Source: Macrostomum lignano (taxonomy: Eukaryota). From it: DNA of 46,762 nucleotides. The translations under genes were made by a program, and so were the position numbers. Positions 32,955 to 44,900 of this stretch are shown here, piece by piece. The notes under the pieces are model-generated. The model ran no database searches and was not told the origin of the DNA. It was given only the letters and a program-made list of their open reading frames with translations. The stretch's first letter is position 1, and each line of letters starts with the position of its first letter. The stretch is taken from NCBI GenBank assembly GCA_002269645.1, contig NIVC01004417.1:1-46762 (forward strand), in the 5' to 3' direction.

Positions 32955-35900
32955 ATGCCAGAAGTTGTGGTTCAACCACAAAAGCAGCAACAGCAGCAGC
33001 AGTACTGCTACTCAACTGAGCAGTACTTTCGACTGCCAGATAAATCATTGACCGCCAATCGGATAGTGATGCGCAATGAGCACTGCCTTGTTGCCTTCAC
33101 TTCCGCTGGCTGTCTTCTGCGATTCGAACGAAATCCAACGGTGGCTGATCAGAAACAGCCCAGCTGGAAGGAGGTGCTTCGACTGCCATTGATGAATTTT
33201 GATGCCTGTCTGTTGGCTGATTCTCAGGCTGCCGATGAGCGTCTGGTGGTGTGGCTCGCTGGGACACTGCGGGTCTACAATATTGACAGTCTGGAGTGCG
33301 GCAGCTTCAGCAGCGTCTGCGGATTGCCTGCTGGGGTTGCCGACGCTGCCTCTGGAGCTCGGGTGGCAAAGATATTGCAGATCTCTGCCGACGAAATGCT
33401 GCTAATGACTCGCTTGGCAACTGATGCAGTCTATGGTGAGGGCTGTGTGTGCATCATTACTTGGCTGGGCTGTCATCCTCCCTGATCCTCAGTAGCTGGG
33501 CCAGCCTCCCAAATCCTCAGTTGCTGGGCCAGCCTCCCAGATCCTCAGTTGCTGGGCCAGCCTCCCAGATCCCCAGTTGCTGGACCAGCCTCCCAGATCC
33601 CCAGTTGCCGAGCCAGCCTCCCAGAACCCAACAGGTTGCTGGGCTGTTAGACTCAGAATTTGCAGTCACCAGTTCTCAATGCACTCTCAAGCAGCTCTCA
33701 TTTGCCCCCTCTCTCTTTCTCCTCGCATGGCAGACTGCTCGCTTCATCCGGTGTGCATCAGCCACCTCCGCCTGCCGCCGGAGTCCGCCTGGCCGGACAA
33801 GCCGCCGCTGATGGCCGCCACCCTGGCCTGTGTGGGCCTGCCGGTTCCTCCGAGCGACTGCTTCGACTGCAATACGACAGCCGTCAGGCCTGCCTGCACT
33901 GCCTGACGCCTGACGGTCGAGTTCTCACCATCGACTGTCTGTCCGGTTGGCTAGTTGACTCTCTGGCAGTGCCTCGGGACACCACCGATCTGCTGCTAGT
34001 TCGCAGTCACGCAGAATCGTCAATATTAGCTCTGGCTAGTCCCAACAGCGTCACCCTAGTGGAATATCCATCCTGTAGACGTTTGCACCGATTGAGCTTG
34101 CCTAGTAAACTTGCCGATGCTCGCCTACTGGCCTGTCGGTCAACTACTGTTAGTAGAATAATCCAACAGCCGGAATTATTTGTTTGGGGCGGCAACAGTT
34201 TAGTGTATCGGCTGCGAGAAACTTCGCCAGGTCAGCAGTATCAGAGATTGCTCGACTCGCTACAGTTTGATGAAGCTGAGCTGTGCGCTAAACGGTACGG
34301 ACTGCCTATGGACCGGTTGTACTATGCCAAGTGCAGGCATCTGCTAGATTCAGACTCTTCTAGTGCGTCTTCTTCGACACCCGTGTCGGAGGAGTCCCTG
34401 GCTGAGCTGGTCAGCTGTTTGGATAAGCTGGCATTCTCTACTGATGTTGAATATTTGCTGTTGTTAAGCAGCTGTCTGAAAGGTGAGGGCTTGCTTTTTT
34501 ATGAAATCTGACGTCATACTTTTTGTTGCCAGGCCTTTGTGATGGTTTTTTATTTTAATCCTTCAGTGTATTGTTTAACCCGAGTCCTTCACACATCCTT
34601 CAGTGGCCTGAGCTGCCACCCCTCCGATCCTTCAGTGGCCTGAGCTGCCACCCCTCCGATCCTTCAGTGGCCTGAGCTGCCACCCCTCTGATCCTTCAGT
34701 GGCCTGAGCTGCCACCCCTCTGATCCTTCAGTGGCCTGAGCTGCCACCCCTCTGATCCTTCAGTGGCCTGAGCTGCCACCCCTCTGATCCTTCAGTGGCC
34801 TGAGCTGCCACCCCTCTGATCCTTCAGTGGCCTGAGCTGCCACCCCTCTGATCCTTCAGTGGCCTGAGCTGCCACCCCTCTGATCCTTCAGTGGCCTGAG
34901 CTGCCACCCCTCTGATCCTTCAGTGGCCTGAGCTGCCACCCCTCTGATCCTTCAATGGTCCTCAATAAAATCTACAAACAGCGCTAATTTACCTTTCTTC
35001 ACCCCACTAACTCTCCCACAGCCGCCTGTAACGGGTCCAGTCCCGGCCTGCTCGAGCAGCTCCTAACAACGGTGTCGAATCAGCTGTGCCGCTATTTCTA
35101 CGACCCATCTGTAGCGGTTGGCACCGAAGCAGCCGATCAGTCCATCCTAGCCCGCTGGTGCGAGACCAGCGATTTAGCCGCCGCAACATTGCAACGCCTA
35201 CGCGTTTGCCTACAATTGATCGAGCCGGAACAATTCAGTTTAGAAATGTGGCAATGGTTTCAAACTGTTAATATTTGTTCGTATTTTTGCGACTCTGTAC
35301 TGCGCAATAATCAAGAGGAATCGGCTGTACTGTTTGCTAATTATAAGCAGACCATCTGCAGACAATTGGCAGATAGCGGAGAATATCTACAGCTGGTGCT
35401 GGACAATCTGCGCTGCTGTCAACCGGATGGATTGCTGTCACAGCCTTGGTGCGTCTGGCTGGCTGAGGAGTTCCTGCCGGCTATGGCCGCCTCGCCTGAG
35501 TCTGCGAGGTTTGCTCCCATAGTAAGTTGATCGAGTTATGACAGCTTGCTGTTACCGGCTTGGGAGCTAGAATAGATAGAGTGGATTGGAGTGTTAGATG
35601 GAAAGAATTGGAGTGCTAGATAGATAGGATTGGAGTGCTAGATTGAGTGGATTGGAGTGCTAGATAGAAAGGATTTGAGTGCTAAATAGAGAGGATTAGA
35701 CTTCTAGATAGGGAGAATCAGCAGTGCTAGATAAAGAGAATCAGGAGTGCTAGATAGTGAGAATCGGGAGTGCTCGATAGGGAGGATCAGGAGTGCTAGA
35801 CATGGAGGATCAGGAGTGCTAGATAGTGAGAATAAGGAGTGCTAGATAGTGAGAATCGGGAGTGCTCGATAGGGAGGATCAGGAGTGCTAGACATGGAGG

Positions 35901-38900
35901 ATCAGGAGTGCTAGATAGTGAGAATAAGGAGTGCTAGATAGTGAGAATCAGGAGTGCTAGATAGGAAGGATCAAGAGTGCTAGACATGGAGAATCAGGAG
36001 TGCTAAATATGGAGGATCAAGAGTGCAAGACATGGAGAATCAGGAGTGCTAAATATGGAGGATCAAGAGTGCTAGACATGGAGAATCAGGAGTGCTAGAT
36101 ATGGAGGATCAGGAGTGCTAAATAGTGAGAATCAGGAGTGCTAAATATGGAGGATCAGGAGTGCTAGAAATGGAGGATCAGGAGCGCTAGATAAGGAGGA
36201 TCAGGAGCGCTAGATAAGGAGGATCAGGAGTGCTAGATATGGAGGATCAGGAGCGCTAGATAAGGAGGATCAGGAGTGCTAGATATGGAGGATCAGGAGT
36301 GCTAGATAGGGAGGAACAGGAGTGCTAGACATGGAGAATCAGCAGCGCTAGATAAGGAGGATCAGGAGTGCTAGATATGGAGGATCAGGAGTGCTAGATA
36401 GGGAGGAACAGGAGTGCTAGACATGGAGGATCAGGAGTGCTAGATAGGGAGGAACAGGAGTGCTAGACATGGAGGATCAGGAGTGCTAGATAGGGAGGAA
36501 CAGGAGTGCTAGACATGGAGGATCAGGAGTGCTAGATAGGGAGGAACAGGAGTGCTAGACATGGAGGATCAGGAGTGCTAGATAGAGAGAATTAGGAATG
36601 CACCTGTACATTCGCTACTCTAATCTCACAGATCGCTGATTGGCTAGAGGACTGCATAGACGGCCTGATCCGATTGGACGACTCCGCGGCCACCAAAGCG
36701 GACGCCTGCCGCCAGTTCTTAGCCAATCTGCTGCGCTGCGTTGGCCAACCAACTGAAGAAGCCGGGGACTCGTTTAGCCGCCCCCTGAGCCAGTTAGCTA
36801 GGGCTTTAGACGAGCTGGTGTGCCTGTGCTCCAGGTATAAACTGCGTCTGAGCGTTCGCCTCTACCGGCGTATGGATAAAGGGGATTTGGCCAAGCATAT
36901 CCTGGATTACATTCTGCTTAGTCAGGATGCCGGCCTGTTTGGCCTGTTTGGAGCTTATTTGCAGGTGAGCCTCGCTGAAATGACCCCTGGTTCGATTCCG
37001 TGCGCAGCCACAATTTTCATTTTGGGGTTTTGCTCGTGCTCAGGAGCGCAAGTATCTGTACTATAAAAATACGAATTTCCTCCGCAGGAGTGCGGCCTTA
37101 ATAGCGACCAATTCTATTGCGACTATTGTTCAGCCAGGCTGCAGGCAGCCAGTGCTGCAACAGACGCGGCTATGCATATGATTGGCTCCAATAATGATGC
37201 AGCCAATCATCTGCATGGCAGCGACAGCCACGGCAGCGGTGTGAGTCCTCAGGATGCTGAGAGGACCGCTGTCACCGTACTCGGTCGAATAGTTAACGAA
37301 GACGCCAGGATGCGTTGTACTATTATGCTAGCCGAGCAGGCGACTGTGCCGTGGTCAGAGGAGGTGCAAGCAGTTGTTGAGCAGCATCTGGCTTTGAGGC
37401 ATCGGCCTGATCGGGTAGTGCTGCAGCGGGCTGTAACGGCGGCTAAGACTCAGGCGCTGTTTAAACGGTAAGGCTGACTGGGGGTCTAGAGGTAGAGAAA
37501 TGGGGTGTTGGCTGGGGTTAGCGGCTCATTGGGAGTGGTCTGTAGGGAGAGAAATGGGGTGGTGGCTGGGGTTAGCGGTTCACTGTGGGTCTGGAGGGAG
37601 AGAAATGGGGTGGTGGCTGGGGTTAGTGGCTCATTGGGGGTGGTCTGTAGGGAGAGAAATGGGGTGGTGGCTGGGGTTAGTGGCTCATTGGGGGTGGTCT
37701 GTAGGGAGAGAAATGGGTGTCTCATTAGGGGTCTGGGGGGAGAGAAATGGGTGTTGGCTGGGGTTAGAGGCTCACTGTGGGTCTGGAGGGAGAGAAATGG
37801 GGTGGTGGCTGGGGTTAGTGGCTCATTGGGAGTGGTCTGTAGGGAGAGAAATGGGGTGGTGGCTGGGGTTAGCGGTTCACTGTGGGTCTGTAGGGAGAGA
37901 AATGGGGTGGTGGCTGGGGTTAGTGGCTCATTGGGGGTGGTCTGTAGGGAGAGAAATGGGGTGGTGGCTGGGGTTAGTGGCTCATTGGGAGTGGTCTGTA
38001 GGGAGAGAAATGGGGTGGTGGCTGGGGTTAGCGGTTCACTGTGGGTCTGTAGGGAGAGAAATGGGGTGGTGGCTGGGGTTAGTGGGTCATTGGGGTGGTC
38101 TGTAGGGAGAGAAATGGGGTGGTGGCTGGGTTTAGTGGCTCATTGGGGGTGGTCTGTAGGGAGAGAAATGGGGTGGTGGCTGGGGTTAGCGGTTCACTGT
38201 GGGTCTGTAGGGAGAGAAATGGGGTGGTGGCTGGGGTTAGTGGCTCATTGGGGGTGGTCTGTAGGGAGAGAAATGGGGTGGTGGCTGGGGTTAGCGGTTC
38301 ACTGTGGGTCTGTAGGGAGAGAAATGGGGTGGTGGCTGGGGTTAGTGGCTCATTGGGGGTGGTCTGTAGGGAGAGAAATGGGGTGGTGGCTGGGTTTAGT
38401 GGCTCATTGGGGGTGGTCTGTAGGGAGAGAAATGGGGTGGTGGCTGGGGTTAGCGGTTCACTGTGGGTCTGTAGGGAGAGAAATGGGGTGGTGGCTGGGG
38501 TTAGTGGCTCATTGGGGGTGGTCTGTAGGGAGAGAAATGGGGTGGTGGCTGGGTTTAGTGGCTCATTGGGGTGGTCTGTAGGGAGAGAAATGGGGTTGTG
38601 GCTGGGGTTAGTGGCTCATTGGGAGTGGTCTGTAGGGAGAGAAATGGGGTGGTGGCTGGGGTTAGTGGCTCATCATACATGCGCAACCTCCAAATTTCGG
38701 TCGGCCATGCGACTTAGTTTTAACAAAAATGCGACTTAGTTTTTGGCCAAAAATGCGACTTACATGTAAAAAAACCCGAAAGCAAAATTAACGCAACTTT
38801 GGGTAAACGGCAGGAGTAACTATGACTGTCTTATAAAGCCAAAATGCCTCGTCAGCTACTTAGTACTACTACTCTGTGTTTTTTCGGGTTGGCATTTTTG

Positions 38901-41900
38901 CGACTTCCTTGGTTGGCCGCCAAATCGGTCGGCCGGATCGGCCGACTCGGCCGACTGTTGCGCATGTATGTGGCTCATTGGGGGTGGTCTGTAGGGAGAG
39001 AAATGGGGTGGTGGCTGGGGTTAGCGGTTCACTGTGGGTCTGTAGGGAGAGAAATGGGTGTTGGCTGGCGTTAGAGGCTCACTGTGGGTCTGGAGGGAGA
39101 GAAATGGGGTGTTGGCTGGGGTTAGAGGCTCACTGTGGGTCTGTAGGGAGAGAAATGGGTGTTGGCTGGCGTTAGAGGCTCACTGTGGGTCTTGAGGGAG
39201 AGAAATGGGGTGTTGGCTGGGGTTAGAGGCTCACTGTGGGTCTGGAGGGAGAGAAATGGGGTGGTGGCTGGGGTTAGTGGCTCATTAAGGGTCTGTTGGG
39301 AGAGAAATAGTGTGGTGGCTGGGGTTAGCAGCTCAGCGGTTTAGTAGGCCCAGGGGTCTGGGGAGTGAGGTGGCGTTAGCTGCTCACTAAATGGCCTCGA
39401 GAAACAAGAGACTCGTGTAATTGCTTACTGAAAAAAAGGGTATAAATGAATGTATAGTGACAGGCCCAAGCCACAAATAAAAATAGAAAAGAGAATTTCT
39501 TATCTGTTTTGTATTATCAATTTGTTCGACTGCTTTTCAACAGTGAGACACCCACCATTTAAAACCCCTAAAACATTTAACAGCTACAATATCAGGCAGC
39601 ACGACGCCAGCCAGCAGGACGCCCAAGCTAGGGCAGCTTTAAAAGGCCTATTCTCACAGCTGGCCAGCGGCCGAGTTACTCCGGCCACTGTCCGAGCCGA
39701 TCTGCTACTATTAACGGACACGTTTGGATTTACAGTCTCGGATTTAATGACCGTGGCCGTTGATTGCGCTTTGAAAGAGGGTAGTTCCGTTAAGTGAGTA
39801 GTTGTGTTTGTCTGTTTTAATTAGTATGATTACGTAATTAACGTAAGGGAAAAATTATAGAACAAGGCATTCGGAGTATTTAATTACAGTTTATAGTTAC
39901 TCTCGTCGCTAACCTGAGCAGCCCTTTAATCTTTTGTGTCTTTAGCTCGTATAATTAGAACTAAAGAAATTGTAGAGCTGGTACCGCTAGATGTAAAATA
40001 GTTCTAATTAGATGACGAGGCGCTTAGTTATAATTGCTCTTACTGTTTACCCTTGCGGTGTGCTGTGAGGCATTGAAAGCGAATATCGCATTTCAATAAT
40101 CGGTCGGTTTGGGTGCCCAGCCCAAGCGCTATACCGTAGTACCAACAGTTGTTGTGACGTTCTGCTTATTCTATATTAATACTGACAGGCGTTATGACGC
40201 TCTGGCAAGAAGGAACTCTAGCCCTGCCTAGCAAGCTTCCCGGAAATAAAAGATTAACTCAAAGCAGGCAAACTCAAAGTGGCCGAGTAACGGACGCTTC
40301 TTATATTTAAATACTCAAGTTGAACTCAATCACAGAACTCAAATCGGTGATGGTTGGCTAATAGGTCCTGACTGTCGACTAATACTAATAGTCGACGTCT
40401 GGTGTCTGCTCTTCTCTGACCCGTTCTCTGGGTTTTACTTAATCTAAATCTACAAATCGCTATGACCGATGTCTGTTTGACAAACAAAAAGGGCGAGATG
40501 CGAGAGAAAAAGGGCGCACAACAATAAATAGCAAACTCAGGCCTGGGGCGGGGATAGACTGCCCGATCGGCTAAGCCGACGAGAACAGAACACGCACTGG
40601 CCAGCCAATCAAACCCCGCCTGGGGGAGAGGGTGCAGCACGCACAAAGCCCCGCGGCCAGCCAAACCTTGACCTGGCTCACGTCAACTCCAAGCTAGCAC
40701 AAAAGTGCATCGCGCCGTGCCAAAAAGACAAAGGCAAGTGCACTACAATTTCATAGTGCACGTTGTAGATGATTCGTCGGTCTTGTCCCAGCTGACCAGG
40801 ACTTTGCCACTAACCAAGTAATCAAGTTTCCTCTTTACTGTGTTAACAGTACCCTGTTCCTCGGCTTTCCTTTTCGGAACGACGTTGCCGTTTACCAGGT
40901 CGTAGAAAATTGTCAGCACCGATCAGAAGGGAGACTGGCTTATTGGCATCGCGGAGATCAAACGGATTGGCAAGATTAAAAGGGTGAATTTCTGAATGTG
41001 CGTCCAACATCACTGATGTTTGAGGTTTGCAGATCCAAGAAGTCGTGTAGCCTTTCAAAGAAACATAATTTCCGTCCTGGGAACCCGTTCTCAGAATGTG
41101 GCATCATACGATGTTCGATGTAGATTCGCTGCATCTTGTTCCAAAAGTGTTGCCACGCAGCACTTTACTTGCCTGTGTTGTAAAGCTCAACTGGCTGCTC
41201 ATGTCCCGTCTGATGTAGGTTTTATTAATGGCGGTATCTAATAACTCGTAGATCAACACTCCCCAGTCAAAACGATGCCGTTGCCTTGACGTCGTTAACA
41301 CATCGAAAATAACGTCGCCAAATAAGCCATTTTGTCGCACGCGGTGACGTTGCTATAACGACCCCAGGCAACGTTAGAATTTCACGTTACTGATGACCAA
41401 ACGGCGACCATTCATTACAGATTGCATATACTAAGCACAGATGCTTAGCACTTTCAATATACCGAGAATCTCAAAACTATAATTCAATAAGTTTGTTCTA
41501 AGATAGGGAATAAAAATAAACTAAGTTTAAAACGTTATTTTGCTCTGGTTTTACAGAATATCTTAATAAATTACACTTTCTGACATAAATATTGTGAATT
41601 TACGAATGCATTTTAAAGAGCGCAGATATTTTACTGGCTGTGAAAAAAGTACAAGAAAAAACAAACTCGTCCCACATTTTGATATTGATGAAGAAGATCT
41701 GGTTTTTGGAGTCATTATCGTTGCACTGTTACAGGTACAGTTTGAAGAAGCAGGGGCTTTCTGATGTCCGGGCGGAGCGCTTCAAAAGCGCATGACTTCA
41801 TAAGACCTAAATCTATGTCTAAAACCGTAAAATACAGTCGCCTAAATTTCACATCGCATTTCATTTTACATAGATAGATAGATTCCAGGTATGGAAATGT

Positions 41901-44900
41901 TACCGCAACCTGCAACTATCGAAAAGGTCTAAAACATTATTCTAAATTAGTATTAAAGCTAACATTATGCGTTTAAAATATATACACTATAGCTGCAAGT
42001 ATAAAACAAATCAGTGACGATACAAGAGGCTTTATTTGCACTTCATCATGTAACTTCGCTCTAGAAATTTGATTTTCACTATCAATCACTCAGTTCTAAA
42101 ATACTTTTATTTAAATTAAAAATAAGACATTTAAGCAACAGAATAACAGAACCGTCTGTTCTCTCACGCATACTTCAGTCTCCACGTAGTAAAAACGAAA
42201 GGAATTTAATAGTTTTTTGGACCCTCGCAACTATCTCTGGATTCGGTCAATCACTAAATTAGCTGAGAGTTATAAGAAAACGTTAAATAATAATTTTGTC
42301 AGTCTGTCTAAGCAGATAAATAGGCTGGTTGACCAAAGCAGGCTGCCTCCCGATTAGTGAAGGCAGGAAACTGAAAGCCAAACTTGACAGGCCGCCTTAC
42401 TTTGGCCTGTACGCAAAAGCTCGCAGGACTGCTGATTTCAGGCATTTACTATCTTTTGGATATTTTTTGTAGCAAACGGATTGGCAAATTTTTCAGCAGC
42501 CTTTGTATGTCTGCAGCACGAATGGAGCAGACCCTCTAAGTTGGTGACGCGTACAGTGCCAGAACAAAATCCCACATGTTGGGATGCGCAGTCGTTATAA
42601 AGCTTCTCACGCGGCTATGAAAGCCCTCCTCTTTGCTGTTCGTCCACTCCTGGCAGTTAAAGACTGATATAATGTCGAAACCGACCTCGATCCAGTAGAT
42701 TCGTAAATATGCAAATACGAGTAGGTTGAATAGGTTTGAATAGATTGATAGTTTGAATAGTTTGATAGAAATGTCATTGTCTTTCTTAGGGAGACTGCGG
42801 TATTAACAATATGGAAGCATAGACAGTTTACCAGATGTCCGAAAAGATTATATTGACAATAAAATTTTACGTAAAGTAGCATTAAACAACATAAAAATTA
42901 GAAAGATAAGATTGAAATTAAACAAAGTTACCACCTCGATACACTTGTCATGTCAAGGAAACTGACTTCAGTAGTCCATGAGGAGCTGACGGCGAGTTTA
43001 CTGTTGGAATTGATAGAATTCAGGTGTCGAACAAATTCAGTCAGTTTCAGCCGGGTGGTCCCAGTGAATAAAGATGTCATCTATGCACCTGAAGTAGATG
43101 TCCGGGTTATAAAAGGAAGTTCTCAGTTCAGTTTTCTCCCAAAGGCTGCATGGCTGGGTGCAAATTAATATGCGACTCATGACTGTGCCTTTAAGTTGTA
43201 AGAAAATTGTTATCAAATTCAAAGTCTTCTGTACAAGCATAGTTACTGTAGCTTTATTATCTCAGCATACGGTCTAGTCGGGTCAAGATATCGGATAAAG
43301 AATACCTGTATTGCTGCAATGCCCTGGTCTATGGAGATCATGGAGTATAGACTCTGGATATCACAGGTTGCCAGAGTCCATCCTTCTTATCCAATTTATC
43401 CATAAGGTGTGCTTTGAAGTCATATGAGTCCTTAATGAAAGTGGGTTGAGCTTGGGCAATCGGATTAAGAAAAAAATCAATGCATTTTTCTACCAGTGGC
43501 TTCAGAACTACATCGGCTAACATAAGGTCTGTCTGCTAGGACCCGGAAATCACATCACATCACAGAATCACAAGATCAGAGTTCTTGTGAGTTTTTGGTA
43601 GCAGGTAGAAATGCCCGGGGCGAAGATAAGAGAACTGTTTGTTTGATATAAACTTTTTGCTACATAAAATGAGAAAGTTCCACCTGATAATTTCCGCAGT
43701 CTCGGGTTTCGACGGCTGGTCCAGCTTTTGATAGGCATTAGTGTCAAGCAATTGGTCGTACGCTGCAAGGTTGCATGATGACTACTGCGTTTCCTTTGTC
43801 CGCCTTTTATATTAGGACGGAGCTGTTTCGCTCCTGAATCGCTCTTGTCTCTGGTGCTAGCGGGCTAACTAACCCTCTTCAGCTCTCCAAAGAACAAGCT
43901 CAAGTGGATTCATAAAAATTTAAAGAGAACCGAAGAATAGTACGCACATAGCCACAAACTGTTCAGATGTAGCGTTATTGTATTTAATCGAAAAGTATCT
44001 AAGCTTAGTACCGGCTAATAGCGGTCTAGGCGCATAAAACAGTCATTGAAAAGCGCATGAGCATGGCTGACTGATATCAAGCGGTCAGAAACGCAGTCAA
44101 GTGCAAAGTCGTTGAGCCAAGTCAAGTTAATCCAATACAGTAGGCTGAAAGTAATGATATGCAAAAAAGGCATGCGATCAGTCATTAGAAAAATATAATT
44201 CACACACTCCTGCGGCAACCTAGATCGCAGTCGGTGGACACACTTCTCAGCACTAGCCAACGCCAGCGAGCCGTCGCAGCAACCTGCGTGCAGTGCGTCG
44301 AGCATGCGCGCAGCGTTGAATTCGAAGTAAAGCAGACCCTGCTTCATTAAGCTTGTGGCATAAGCTGCGTAGTTGCTGCTCATATAAGACATCAAGGCAG
44401 TAACCAGCTCAGCATCGACGTACTTTGTCGCAGGCAGGCCTGGAAAGCTAACGTCAGTCCGGTTTTAATACCGTGCACTTGGCGGTACCACGTCCAAGCC
44501 ATTCATTACTAACAGGTGTCATTGCGGTCAGCAGTGTTACACGCTCACCATCGTTGTAGGTGCGCCAGTAAGCCATCAGGCAACCCCAGACAATACCACA
44601 GATGTGGCGGGGCATCCCATGGCGGTACAGCACTTGCGCGCTCATTTGGTACGCTCTGTATCTTGTAGCATGGTCGAGGAGCACGGCGCCTTGTAACTGT
44701 CGCAAAACGAACGTTGACACAGCACGGAGTGGGTAGAGTACAGTACGCATATGAGTTCACCGACGCCGCGACCTGACAACTGCTTAGAATCACGCAGCTC
44801 GAAGCCCTCACTTCCGCGTGCTGTACAAAGCGACGTTCCAGCAGCGGCTGAAAGTAGTGACCCATACGTCGTCACCTTGCTGGATACGCTTCATCAACTG

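Larger units (their letters stand above)
37492..39335. repeat. G-rich minisatellite of interleaved 54-bp and 51-bp units in KNTC1 intron 5, interrupted by a MITE
   Basis: Units GGGAGAGAAATGGGGTGGTGGCTGGGGTTAG followed by TGGCTCATTGGGGGTGGTCTGTA (54 bp) or CGGTTCACTGTGGGTCTGTA (51 bp). Confidence 0.95.

Noticed and set aside
34597-34953. 32-bp repeats of CRISPR-like length
   Set aside because: Head-to-tail with no spacers, no cas genes, eukaryotic intron context; the same applies to the 28-bp array.
38801-38864. Functional rRNA gene
   Set aside because: Only about 65 bp, mutated, and enclosed in a MITE; no flanking 28S sequence.
37486-39344. Long Trp/Gly/Val-rich ORFs
   Set aside because: Translations of the 54/51-bp minisatellite inside a KNTC1 intron.
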